A stretch of 48,523 nucleotides of DNA, taken from Capsulimonadales bacterium. Lineage in GTDB: Bacteria; Armatimonadota; Armatimonadia; Armatimonadales; Armatimonadaceae. The DNA lies in the NCBI GenBank assembly GCA_033762295.1, contig JANRLW010000107.1:1-48523 (forward strand), read 5' to 3'. Below the pieces are notes generated by a model. It did not search any database and was not told the origin of the DNA. It saw only the letters and a list, made by a program, of their open reading frames with translations. A program made the position numbers and the translations under genes. This document shows, piece after piece, positions 1 through 9,695 of the stretch (position 1 is its first letter; every line of letters starts with the position of its first letter).

Positions 1-382
1 CTGCTGGCGGCGGGTGCGTCCGGTGCGATTGTCGGGACCGCCTTTAAGCCGGAAGGCCAGGTGGACCGGCCCGTCGATCCGGGCCGGGTTCGTGACGTTC
101 GAACGGAGGCGGACCGCCTTTCGGGCTCCGGATAATCGTGCCACGCAACCGGAGAAACGTCGGGGGTGTCGCATATCCGTCTCGCTCGGGACGAACAACC
201 GAACGGACAAACGGCGGACAAACGGGCGAACCGAAAAGGCGGCGATAACCGTCCTCTTACCGTCCGCAACGAAAAAAGGCGGGGAAATCCCGTCCTTATG
301 TGCTTTGGCGCTCGATATGGGAAACGGACTCGGGAGTGAGGGGAGACGTCCGTCGAGCGCACATTTACGGAGACGAATCGTT

Positions 383-2371
383 ATGACCGAGACGGTAACA
401 TTGCCGAACGCCACTCCGGATGCCCGGAAGGCGAGTCCTTTTCAGCGGTGGCTTCTGGAAGGGTATCTGCCGCATATCGAGGGCTCGCACGAGCAGCCCG
501 GGCAACACAAACAGCACCCCTGGTGGCAGGTCATGTGTCTGACCGGCGTCGATTACTTCAGTACCCTCGGATATCAGCCGGGGATTGCGGCGCTGGCCGC
601 GGGCGCCCTGTCCCCGTTCGCGACTTTGATCCTGGTTCTGGTCACGCTGTTCGGCGCGCTTCCGATCTATACCCGCGTCGCCCGCGAAAGTCCGCATGGC
701 GAGGGATCGATCGCGATGCTGGCGCACCTGCTCTCGGCATGGCGCGGCAAACTGTTCGTTCTCGTACTGCTCGGATTCGTTGCGACGGACTTCGTTATCA
801 CCATCACGCTATCGGCGGCGGACGCCACGGCGCACATCGTGGAAAACCCCTTCGCCAAGCACTGGGCGGAAGGACACAATGTTCCGATCACGCTCTGTCT
901 GATCTTCCTGCTGGGATTGGTCTTTTTGAAGGGGTTCAAGGAGGCGATCGGGATCGCGGTCGCCCTGGTCGGCGTCTACCTGGTGCTGAACGCGGTGGTG
1001 GTCGCGCGAGGAATCCTGGAAGTGGCGCAGCATCCCGGCCATTTTCCCCAGTGGCTGGAGATGATCCGTGAGGGCGCGGGAGCTCCTCTGGCGCGTGGCG
1101 GGTCCCCGGTCGGCATTCTTCTGGCGTCGCTGCTTCTCTTCCCGAAACTGGCGCTGGGCCTATCCGGTTTCGAGACCGGAGTCGCGGTCATGCCCCTGGT
1201 TCAGGGCGATTCGGGCGAGACCGAGCACCGTCCGAAGGGACGCATCCGCAACACGCGTTTTCTGCTGGTGACGGCGGCGGTAATCATGAGCGTCTTCCTG
1301 CTCACCTCCAGCATCGTTACCACCCTTCTGATCGAACCGGACAAGTTTCAGAAGGGCGGAGAGGCGAACGGCCGCGCTCTGGCGTACCTGGCGCACCGGT
1401 ATCTCGGCGACGGATTCGGTACGGCATACGACGTTTCGACCATCCTGATCCTCTGGTTCGCGGGAGCGTCGGCTATGGCGGGCCTGCTCAATATCGTTCC
1501 GCGCTACCTGCCCCGGTACGGCATGGCACCGGAATGGACCCGTGCGACGCGCCCGCTGGTACTGATCTTTACTCTGATTGCCTTTGCCGTGACCATCATC
1601 TTCAATGCGGACGTCGATGCGCAGGGCGGCGCTTACGCCACCGGCGTGCTGGTCCTGATGACGTCAGCGGCGGTGGCGGTCATGCTCAGTATCAAGCGGA
1701 TGCCGAAATCGGGACCGGCGACGGTCGCCTTCGGGTTGATCACGCTGGTTTTCGCCTATACCACCGTCGTCAATATCATCGAGCGACCGGACGGCGTCAA
1801 GATCGCCGCCTTCTTCATCGGATCGATCGTGGCGGTCTCGCTGATCTCGCGGATCGTACGAACGACGGAACTGCGGACCGAGCAGATCGAATTCGACGAG
1901 ACGGCGCAGCGGTTCATCGAGGAAGCGGCGCACATGGGCGAACTGCGCCTGATCGCCAACAACCCGGACACGCGGGATGAGGCGGAGTACCGCCGTCAGA
2001 CACTGGAGGCGCGTCACCACCACCTGATCCCGGACAACGATCCGTTGATCTTCCTGGAGGTGTACGTTCAGGACGCTTCCGACTTTTCAGGCGTTATGAA
2101 GGTGGAGGGTGTGGAAGTGGAGGGATACCGGATTCTGCGGGCGCAGGGCGTCGCCGTTCCGAACGCCATCGCCGCGCTTCTGCTCTTTCTGCGCGATCGA
2201 ACCGGCCGACGGCCGCATGCCTACTTCAACTGGACGGAGGGTAATCCGTTCCTCTTTCTGGTCAAGTACCTGCTGCTCGGCCAGGGTGATATCGCGCCGG
2301 TGACCCACGAAATTCTGCGCGTGGCCGAGCCGGTGCCGGAAAAGCGTCCGGCGATTCATGTCGGCTTCTGA
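383..2371 (+). CDS. APC-superfamily amino acid/cation transporter
   Basis: Many hydrophobic TM segments; motifs [46 protein letters not shown] 383 chosen after GGAG; the upstream part of ORF 14..2371 looks non-coding. Confidence 0.85.
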   Translation: MTETVTLPNATPDARKASPFQRWLLEGYLPHIEGSHEQPGQHKQHPWWQVMCLTGVDYFSTLGYQPGIAALAAGALSPFATLILVLVTLFGALPIYTRVARESPHGEGSIAMLAHLLSAWRGKLFVLVLLGFVATDFVITITLSAADATAHIVENPFAKHWAEGHNVPITLCLIFLLGLVFLKGFKEAIGIAVALVGVYLVLNAVVVARGILEVAQHPGHFPQWLEMIREGAGAPLARGGSPVGILLASLLLFPKLALGLSGFETGVAVMPLVQGDSGETEHRPKGRIRNTRFLLVTAAVIMSVFLLTSSIVTTLLIEPDKFQKGGEANGRALAYLAHRYLGDGFGTAYDVSTILILWFAGASAMAGLLNIVPRYLPRYGMAPEWTRATRPLVLIFTLIAFAVTIIFNADVDAQGGAYATGVLVLMTSAAVAVMLSIKRMPKSGPATVAFGLITLVFAYTTVVNIIERPDGVKIAAFFIGSIVAVSLISRIVRTTELRTEQIEFDETAQRFIEEAAHMGELRLIANNPDTRDEAEYRRQTLEARHHHLIPDNDPLIFLEVYVQDASDFSGVMKVEGVEVEGYRILRAQGVAVPNAIAALLLFLRDRTGRRPHAYFNWTEGNPFLFLVKYLLLGQGDIAPVTHEILRVAEPVPEKRPAIHVGF

Positions 2372-2382
2372 TCACCCCCGGA

Positions 2383-2412
2383 CGGTCCCCGGTCCTTGCA
2401 GACCGGGGACCG
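2383..2412. terminator. Inverted repeat between convergent genes
   Basis: CGGTCCCCGGTC-n6-GACCGGGGACCG. Confidence 0.55.
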
Positions 2413-2425
2413 GTTCCATCGGGGT

Positions 2426-2890
2426 TCAGAGCGCCTGCGCGCGGAGGCGGGCGGCCTCCGCGGAGCCGATCTGTTCCGCACGCCAGTAGGTTCCGCCGTT
2501 CTTACGAACGTAGAGGCGTACCAGCAGATCCTGAGTGGCCCGGAGACTTCTTCCGGAATCCGACGGCGATGTCATGTCCACTCCCGCCAGGTAAAGGTTC
2601 CCGGCCCGGAAGGCCAGCAGGAAGACGCCTTCCGCCCGGCTTCGGGGATACTGCTCCTTGATGAAATCCCGTGCGGCCTGGCGCACCTTGTTTTCGACAT
2701 CGGTCGCGATGGGCGCGTCCGCGTCGGCGACCGTTTCCGCGTCGGCGGGTGCGGTGATCATCGGGGTCACGACCGGCGGCGCGGGAGGAACGGCGCATCG
2801 GGATCGATTGCCGGTGGAATAGGCAAACAACAACAGGGTGGTCGCGATGGCGGTGGTAACGGCGATTTGAGACATCCGGTTCGGAATCAT
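2426..2890 (-). CDS. Hypothetical protein with N-terminal membrane anchor and Pro/Ala linker
   Basis: ATG 2890 after AGGAGG; hydrophobic N-terminus; C-terminal part of ORF 2426..3730. Confidence 0.65.
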   Translation of the reverse strand: MIPNRMSQIAVTTAIATTLLLFAYSTGNRSRCAVPPAPPVVTPMITAPADAETVADADAPIATDVENKVRQAARDFIKEQYPRSRAEGVFLLAFRAGNLYLAGVDMTSPSDSGRSLRATQDLLVRLYVRKNGGTYWRAEQIGSAEAARLRAQAL

Positions 2891-3038
2891 GGTAAGCCTC
2901 CTAATGTTTTCGACAATCCCGGTTATGCTGCAGTATATCGTCCCCTGACCTCTTCGGAAAGCGGCCCGGAGCGGTCCTGAGGGAATTCCCGCCACGGCGG
3001 GTAGAATAGCGGCATATCGACGACAGGGAGTAACGAAG

Positions 3039-4004
3039 TTGGAGAGAATGCGCGCGGTCGTTGTCAATCCGTCGCTACCGGAGCGTCTGGAGATCGGTGA
3101 AGTCGAGGTGCCGACCCCGCAGGCGGCGGAGGCACTGGTTCGCGTGGAGGCTTTCTCGCTGAACCGGGGCGAGTGCCGAATGGCGTTCGGACCGGAACGG
3201 CCGGGCTGGCGGCCCGGCTGGGACATCGCGGGAACGGTCGAGCGGGCGGCGGCGGACGGCAGCGGACCGCCTGCGGGCACCCGTGTCGTCGGGTTTCTTC
3301 GTTCGGCGGGTTGGGCCGAGAAGGCGGTCGTTCCCACCCGGATGATGGCCGCGCTTCCGGACGGCGTCACCGTCGCGCAGGCGTCCACGCTCCCGGTCGC
3401 CGGTCTGACCGCCCTGATGTCGCTGTCGAAAGGCGGTCTGCTGGCCGGACGCAAGCTCCTTGTCACCGGGGCCACCGGCGGGGTCGGCGACTTTCTGCTC
3501 CAGTTGGGCCGTCTGTCCGCCGCGCACGTCGTCGCGCAGATTCGTCGCCACGACCAGGAAGCATGGATACGGCGGGTCGGCGCGGACGAAGTGCTGATCG
3601 GCGAGGACCTTTCCGCGATCGGAGCGAAGGCCGCGCCGTTCGATCTGATTATCGACTCGGTCGGCGGGAAGACACTGGCCGATGCGCTCCGATTACTGGC
3701 GGAGGGCGGCGTCTGCGTCAATTTCGGCACGACCGCCTCGGACCATGCGACGATCGACGTTTCCCACTTCTATCTGATCGGGCGGGCGACTCTGTACGGG
3801 CTGATCCTGATGGACGAACTTGGCACGGAACCGGCGTCGGTCGGCCTGACCCGTCTGCTCCGATTGATGTCCGCCGGAAAACTGAGCCCGAACATCACTG
3901 TCGAGGCGTCCTGGGAGACGGTGGCGAAGACGGCGAAGGACCTGATGGACCGCAAGTTCACGGGCAAGGCGGTTCTGAGTATCCATCATCAGGCAACTTC
4001 GTAA
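3039..4004 (+). CDS. MDR-family (quinone oxidoreductase-like) dehydrogenase
   Basis: [27 protein letters not shown]ossmann motif, DSVGG, GKAVL. Confidence 0.9.
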   Translation: MERMRAVVVNPSLPERLEIGEVEVPTPQAAEALVRVEAFSLNRGECRMAFGPERPGWRPGWDIAGTVERAAADGSGPPAGTRVVGFLRSAGWAEKAVVPTRMMAALPDGVTVAQASTLPVAGLTALMSLSKGGLLAGRKLLVTGATGGVGDFLLQLGRLSAAHVVAQIRRHDQEAWIRRVGADEVLIGEDLSAIGAKAAPFDLIIDSVGGKTLADALRLLAEGGVCVNFGTTASDHATIDVSHFYLIGRATLYGLILMDELGTEPASVGLTRLLRLMSAGKLSPNITVEASWETVAKTAKDLMDRKFTGKAVLSIHHQATS

Positions 4005-4007
4005 ATT

Positions 4008-4045
4008 CTTAATCGAATCTTAAGCTTGCCTTAATGTTCGCTTAA
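4008..4045 (+). promoter_or_regulatory. Four CTTAA direct repeats at 11-bp period (Pho-box/OmpR-family-like site)
   Basis: CTTAA at 4008, 4019, 4030, 4041. Confidence 0.7.
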
Positions 4046-4118
4046 TCGAACAACGTTTCAATCAAAGAGGATTTTCGCTCCGCACCTGAGAGTAAGCGCA
4101 GGTGGAAAGGCCGCCGCC

Positions 4119-5021
4119 ATGTATCGACCCGTCTCTTCGCCGAACCGGGCGTTCACTCTGATCGAACTGCTCGTCGTCATCGCCATCATCGCCATTCTGG
4201 CCGCGATTCTCTTCCCGGTCTTCGCTCAGGCGCGCGAGAAGGCTCGCCAGACCTCCTGCCTTTCGAATATGAAGCAGATGGGTCTCGCCTGGTTCCAGTA
4301 CGTGCAGGACTACGACGAGACCGGCCCGACGATCCACGGTACCAACTGGGTCGACGGCGTCGACCGGATTACGGAGTATCTGGCGCTCTACCCGTACGTG
4401 AAAAACGTGGATGTCTGGCGCTGTCCCTCCGCTTCCGGTTCGGACGGCACGGGATGGCCCGACTCGGCGGCGGACGCTCTGGGCGTTCCGCGCGCCAACG
4501 GACGCCGTTTCAACTACGGATATAACTGGGGAATCCTGATCTATGCCGGCGGCGGACTGGTTGGCCAGGAGGTTCCGAGCGTCAACGCCCAGGGGAACCC
4601 GTCCGATTATCAGGCAGGAAAACCCCTCGCGGCTCTGGTCGCTCCGGCGGACGTCTTCGTATATTCGGACTCCTACGACACCTACCGTCAGACCATGGGT
4701 TCGGAAGCGATTCTTTCGACGTACGCCGGGCCGCGTCGGAACAGCGGACTCCGGCACAACGGTCGTTTCAACGTCTGCTTCGCGGACGGTCATGCCAAGA
4801 ACATGAAATGGATCGGCTTTTCGCTCGGTCCGATCGACGCCCCGTCGTCGCCCCAGTTGCTGGTTCCGGCGATCGAATCGGACCGCAACAAATGGTGCGC
4901 GGACCCGAACGAGGTACTCCCCTATCAAACGCACGGGTATGGCATTCCGGATATGCCCTGTGGCGGCACGCTTTCCAATGCCAATATCGCCGCCTTCGGC
5001 GGAACGTTCTGGCCCAACTGA
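4119..5021 (+). CDS. DUF1559 prepilin-type N-terminal cleavage/methylation protein with H-X9-DG motif
   Basis: [49 protein letters not shown]. Confidence 0.92.
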   Translation: MYRPVSSPNRAFTLIELLVVIAIIAILAAILFPVFAQAREKARQTSCLSNMKQMGLAWFQYVQDYDETGPTIHGTNWVDGVDRITEYLALYPYVKNVDVWRCPSASGSDGTGWPDSAADALGVPRANGRRFNYGYNWGILIYAGGGLVGQEVPSVNAQGNPSDYQAGKPLAALVAPADVFVYSDSYDTYRQTMGSEAILSTYAGPRRNSGLRHNGRFNVCFADGHAKNMKWIGFSLGPIDAPSSPQLLVPAIESDRNKWCADPNEVLPYQTHGYGIPDMPCGGTLSNANIAAFGGTFWPN

Positions 5022-5074
5022 GCGCACGCGCCGGAAAGCGGATCGTCCACCGTCCGCTTTCCGAGCCCCCGATA

Positions 5075-5112
5075 TTTAACCGAATCTTAATCCTGCCTTA
5101 ATACTGGCTTAA
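5075..5112 (+). promoter_or_regulatory. Four YTTAA direct repeats at 11-bp period (paralogous to 4008..4045)
   Basis: TTTAA 5075; CTTAA 5086, 5097, 5108. Confidence 0.7.
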
Positions 5113-5186
5113 CCGGGAAACGCTTCAATCAACAGGAATGATCGTTTCCGTCCCCGAACAAAAGGACATATATGAAAGGTCCGGAC

Positions 5187-6098
5187 ATGCATCGACCCGT
5201 CTCTTCGCCGAACCGGGCGTTCACTCTGATCGAACTGCTCGTTGTCATCGCCATCATCGCCATTCTGGCCGCGATTCTCTTCCCCGTCTTCGCTCAGGCG
5301 CGCGCCAAAGCCCGATCGGTCTCCTGTCTGTCGAACGTTCGCCAGTGCGGCATCGCCTTCGCCATGTACGTTCAGGATTATGACGAGACCACACCGTCCG
5401 GACGTGGCGGAGGTTGGGACTGGTTCACCGAACTCATGCCGTACGTGAAGAATCTGGACCTGTTCTACTGCCCGGATCGATTCGATGGCGCGGCGTACGT
5501 CCAGGGAAATACCAACGGCGTCTGCGTCAGCGGACGGTACCAGTTGAACCGTCGCCTGGGTTACGGCTACCTCTGGGGACCGATCCGCTGGCGTGGCGGC
5601 GGTCTTCTGCTGCGACAGCAGCTTCTGCCCACCGGCAATCCGTGCGGTTCGGAGCTTCCGGGCGTCACGCTGGCGGCGGTCTCCTTCCCCGCTCAGACGT
5701 TCGCTTTCGGCGACACCTACGACACGCCTCGCCAGACGTTGAGCATCGCGGCGGCGGGCAATCAGATCGTCGGCAACAGCAATGCTTCGCTGCGTCACAA
5801 CGGGATGCTGAACTATGCGTTCGTGGACGGACACGCCAAAGCGGTCAAAATGACCTCCGGCTACATGGTCGGCGCGGGCGGCGGTCGTCTGCTCATGGTT
5901 CGTGACCCGGAACTCGGCAAAACGGCGTACTGCCGCAACCCGGACGAGGTCATCTACAAGAATCCGGACACGCCCGATTCGACCAACGTCCCGGACGCCA
6001 TGGTCTGCGGCACGATCCAGCGGTGGATTCTGGATAACTACCCGGCGTGTACTGCCACCGACGCTCCGGGCACGTCCAACTGCCTCTTCAACAACTGA
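5187..6098 (+). CDS. DUF1559 prepilin-type N-terminal cleavage/methylation protein with H-X9-DG motif
   Basis: Same N-terminus as 4119..5021; [16 protein letters not shown]; start chosen by alignment to the paralog. Confidence 0.92.
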   Translation: MHRPVSSPNRAFTLIELLVVIAIIAILAAILFPVFAQARAKARSVSCLSNVRQCGIAFAMYVQDYDETTPSGRGGGWDWFTELMPYVKNLDLFYCPDRFDGAAYVQGNTNGVCVSGRYQLNRRLGYGYLWGPIRWRGGGLLLRQQLLPTGNPCGSELPGVTLAAVSFPAQTFAFGDTYDTPRQTLSIAAAGNQIVGNSNASLRHNGMLNYAFVDGHAKAVKMTSGYMVGAGGGRLLMVRDPELGKTAYCRNPDEVIYKNPDTPDSTNVPDAMVCGTIQRWILDNYPACTATDAPGTSNCLFNN

Positions 6099-6110
6099 TC
6101 TTCGGCATCA

Positions 6111-6144
6111 CTGCAGGCCGCGCGGCAATCCGCGCGGCCTGCAG
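6111..6144. terminator. Perfect 15-bp stem-loop downstream of the DUF1559 pair
   Basis: CTGCAGGCCGCGCGG-CAAT-CCGCGCGGCCTGCAG; no U-tract on +. Confidence 0.55.
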
Positions 6145-6189
6145 CAAATAAGGCAAGGAAAAACGGCGACCGTCGTCCAAACCTCTCGT

Positions 6190-8751
6190 ATGGGCATTCA
6201 GGGTAAACGTTCGATGACGGCAGGTTTGCTGGCGGTTTTTTCCTTGCTGATCGGGATCGGGGCGACCGCGCAGCCCCCGACCGGGAAACGTGTCACAAAA
6301 GCGGCTCCGAAACCGCCACCACGGGCATCGGACGCGCTTTTCACCCGCGAGGTGCTGCCGATTCTGAAGAGCAGCTGCCTTCCCTGCCACTCCGGCAGCA
6401 ATCCGAGCGGCGGTTTGAACCTGGCCGACCGCGCCGCTCTGCTCAAAGGCGGCTATAGCGGTCCGGCGGTCATTCCGGGCAAACCGGACTCCAGTCCGCT
6501 GATCCGCGCCGTTCGCTTCCAGGGGCGGCAGATGCCTCCCCAGGGCAAGCTTCCGCAGAGCCGGATCGACGTCCTGACGCGCTGGGTAGCGGAAGGCGCG
6601 GTCTGGCCCGCCGATAACCGGCCGATCGCCGCTACGTCCGTCCACCAGGGTCCGCCCCCGGTCAACGCCGAGACGCGCCGTTTCTGGTCGTTCCGCCCGG
6701 TAAAACGCCCCGTCCCGCCGAAAGTCCGTTCCGTCGACCGGGTGCGGAATCCGATCGATGCGTTTATTCTCGCCCGGCTGGAAAAGAGCGGTCTGAAGCC
6801 CGCCCGCCCGGCGTCCCGCGCCACCCTGATCCGACGCGCCTATTTCGACCTGATCGGCCTGCCTCCGACCCCGGACGAGGTACGGGCGTTCGTGCAGGAT
6901 ACCTCCCCGCGCGCCTGGGAAACGGTGGTCGATCGGCTGCTCGCCTCGCCGCAGTACGGAGAACGCTGGGGACGGCACTGGCTCGACCTGGTGCGCTATG
7001 CCGAGACAAACTCGTTCGAACGCGACGCCGACAAGCCGTTCGTCTGGCGTTACCGCGATTACGTGATTCGTTCGTTCCATCAGGACAAGCCGTATAACCG
7101 TTTTCTCCTGGAACAGCTGGCGGGCGACGAACTGCCGGATGCCACCCCGGAAACGCTGATTGCCACCGGTTATCTGCGGCTCGGCATCTGGGACGACGAA
7201 GCGGTCGATCATGAGCAGGCGATCTACGACGATCTGGACGATATCCTGTCGACGACCGGACAGACGATGCTCGGTCTGACGGTCGGTTGCGCCCGCTGTC
7301 ACGACCATAAGATCGACCCGATGCCGCAGCGCGACTATTACCGTATGCTCGCCTTCTTCCGCAATGTCCCGCGCTACGGCAACCGCGGTTATGAGTCGGT
7401 ACAGTCGCAGTCGCTGCGTCCGATTTCGAGCCGGGAGGAGCAGGAACGCCACGCGGCGGAGACAAAGGTCTACAGGGAAAAACTGGCCGAACTGAACGAG
7501 CAGATCAAAGCGATCGAAAAGTTGGTCCGACCGACGTTCTCGAACGTCGAGAAGGAGGATTTCGAGAACGAGCAGAACCGCCCGCTGATCGTTCGTCTCC
7601 GCGTCCCGCAGACCATTTCCCAGGCGCAGTATGAGGAGTACGTCGCACGGACGGCGGCGCGTCGCGACCTCCTCGCTCACCCGCCGCGCGGTCTGGAGAT
7701 GGCGCTATGCGTCACGGAAACCGGTCCGGAGCCGAAAAAGACGTTTGTCCTGGCGCGGGGCAACGCGCACTCGCCCGGCGAGGAGGTCGCGCCCGGATTC
7801 CTGTCGGTCGTGACGGACGAAAAGCCGATCTTCCCGGTATTACCGCCGGACGCGAAAACCACGGGGCGGCGGACGGCCCTGGCGCGCTGGATCGCGTCGG
7901 ACCGTAACCCGCTGACGGCGCGTGTTATGGCGAACCGCGTCTGGCAGTACCATTTCGGGCGTGGCATCGTCCGATCGTCCTCCAACTTCGGTTTTCTCGG
8001 CACTCCGCCGACCCATCCGGAACTGCTCGACTATCTGGCCTCCGAACTGGTGCGCGGCGGATGGCGGCTCAAACCGCTGCATCGGCAGATCATGCTGTCG
8101 AACGCCTACCGGATGTCCTCCGCCCCGGACGCCGTCGCCTTGAAGAAGGACCCGGAAAACGATCTGATGTGGCGGTTCGACATGCGTCGCCTGGAAGCCG
8201 AGGAGATCCGGGACGCGATGCTGGCGGCGAACGGCAGTCTGAACCCGGCGATGTACGGTCCGAGTATCAAGATCAAGCTGCCACGCGAGGTGCTGCTCGG
8301 ACAGTCCGTACCGGGCCAGGGTTGGGACCTTTCGTCGCCGGAAGAGCAGAACCGCCGCAGTGTCTATATCAAGGTGAAGCGTTCGCTCTCCGTGCCGATT
8401 CTGGCGCGTTACGACGTTCCGGATACGGACTCGACCTGCCCGGTCCGTTTCGCGACGACGCAGCCGACGCAGGCGCTCGGGATGATGAACTCGGAGTTCG
8501 TCGGTGAGCAGGCGAGGACGCTTGCGGACTTCACACGCAAGGTCATCGGCGGCGATGTGTCGCTGGAACCGAGGCAGGTTCGGTTCGTTCTGGAACGCGT
8601 CCTGCAGCGGGAACCGACGGCAAAGGAGGTTCAACGCGGGCTTCGCCTGCTGACGGACCTGCGCCGGAAGGACCGCCACTCGCCGGAGGCCGCTCTGGAC
8701 GCGTTTTGCCTGCTGGCCTACAACCTGAACGAGTTTATCTATTTGGATTAG
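6190..8751 (+). CDS. Planctomycete cytochrome c / DUF1549 (PSCyt2) / DUF1553 (PSD1) protein
   Basis: Signal peptide; CLPCH and CARCHDHK haem motifs; YGERWGRHWLD, NPLTARVMANRVWQ, PTHPELLD, NLNEFIYLD. Confidence 0.92.
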   Translation: MGIQGKRSMTAGLLAVFSLLIGIGATAQPPTGKRVTKAAPKPPPRASDALFTREVLPILKSSCLPCHSGSNPSGGLNLADRAALLKGGYSGPAVIPGKPDSSPLIRAVRFQGRQMPPQGKLPQSRIDVLTRWVAEGAVWPADNRPIAATSVHQGPPPVNAETRRFWSFRPVKRPVPPKVRSVDRVRNPIDAFILARLEKSGLKPARPASRATLIRRAYFDLIGLPPTPDEVRAFVQDTSPRAWETVVDRLLASPQYGERWGRHWLDLVRYAETNSFERDADKPFVWRYRDYVIRSFHQDKPYNRFLLEQLAGDELPDATPETLIATGYLRLGIWDDEAVDHEQAIYDDLDDILSTTGQTMLGLTVGCARCHDHKIDPMPQRDYYRMLAFFRNVPRYGNRGYESVQSQSLRPISSREEQERHAAETKVYREKLAELNEQIKAIEKLVRPTFSNVEKEDFENEQNRPLIVRLRVPQTISQAQYEEYVARTAARRDLLAHPPRGLEMALCVTETGPEPKKTFVLARGNAHSPGEEVAPGFLSVVTDEKPIFPVLPPDAKTTGRRTALARWIASDRNPLTARVMANRVWQYHFGRGIVRSSSNFGFLGTPPTHPELLDYLASELVRGGWRLKPLHRQIMLSNAYRMSSAPDAVALKKDPENDLMWRFDMRRLEAEEIRDAMLAANGSLNPAMYGPSIKIKLPREVLLGQSVPGQGWDLSSPEEQNRRSVYIKVKRSLSVPILARYDVPDTDSTCPVRFATTQPTQALGMMNSEFVGEQARTLADFTRKVIGGDVSLEPRQVRFVLERVLQREPTAKEVQRGLRLLTDLRRKDRHSPEAALDAFCLLAYNLNEFIYLD

Positions 8752-8796
8752 GAATCCGGATCGGATACCATTCGGAGGGACGGAGAGGCGAGACGC

Positions 8797-9264
8797 ATGC
8801 AGGATTGGGCAAGGCTGGTTGCGGAGGCGGACCGGGTCGGTTTCCGGCTGGAGATGGTGCTCGAGGTGCCGACCTGGGAAGCATCCCCCGTCTTTCGCCA
8901 TCAGGCAGCGGTCGATCGCATTCGCACTTCCATTCGAAATGTCAATTACGCCGACGTCCAAATCCGTTTTCCGGATGGAACGCGAAAGCGGCCGGATATT
9001 TCGATATTCTGCCGGGAGCCGGAGGAGCAGGATACGGAAATCACGCTGATTCCCGAGGCGGTGATTGAGGTGCTGAGCAAGGATTACGAGGCAAAGCACC
9101 TTCTGATCGGTATCCCATATTACCGACAGATCGGCCTCGGGGATGTGGTGGTCCTCGACCCGATCACGGGCGACGTCAAGCACTACCCTCGCGGCAGAGG
9201 GGAGATCGCCCGGCACTCTCCGACCACCATTCTTCTCGCCTGCGGGTGGGAGTGTACGGTATGA
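8797..9264 (+). CDS. Uma2-family endonuclease-fold protein
   Basis: KRPDISIF, PEAVIEVLS, YYRQIG..VVVLDP. Confidence 0.8.
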   Translation: MQDWARLVAEADRVGFRLEMVLEVPTWEASPVFRHQAAVDRIRTSIRNVNYADVQIRFPDGTRKRPDISIFCREPEEQDTEITLIPEAVIEVLSKDYEAKHLLIGIPYYRQIGLGDVVVLDPITGDVKHYPRGRGEIARHSPTTILLACGWECTV

Positions 9265-9695
9265 CATCCAAAACTTGCTTGCATCCTTGAAGGATTTTAT
9301 TAGACCTTTCTCAAATAGTGGCTTAATATAGCAGACTGCCATAATGAGGAAGGAGTAGTGATCCGTTAGCTTCGAGGTGAAAGTGCCAGCGAGACGCCGT
9401 TATCCGGGTTTCCCACCCCGTTTCTTCGATCATCGTCCTAGTCCGGCGTGCAGGCAAGTCGCTTGTTCCGGCCGAACGGATCTCCCTTCTCCCGCCGGAA
9501 TCTCCACCAAACGGATTCCGTTGGCGCGACCGTATGGCTTTCGGATCGTTAGTCCGTCGTGTTGCGGCGGTTACGATGTGTTCATAATGCGGAAGCGTTT
9601 TTGCACCTCCCGAAATGCAAAGCGTATTCGGCCTAACGTTGTTCTGCTGAGTCGTGCCTTCGACCCACTGCTTTTTTTATTTTTGGGGAACGGAA

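Noticed and set aside
1..382. Possible c-di-AMP (ydaO) riboswitch upstream of the APC transporter
   Set aside because: The conserved GCTGAATCC, GGGGTGAAT and CCCGTCAGCTAAC elements were not found.
4008..5112. CRISPR-like interpretation of the short periodic repeats
   Set aside because: The units are 5 bp at an 11-bp period, with no spacer-length intervals and no cas genes.
9590..9665. GCAAAG...GGCCTAA resembling part of a c-di-GMP-I riboswitch
   Set aside because: The upstream GNRA-capped stem and conserved GGYAAA are missing, and the second stem pairs poorly.
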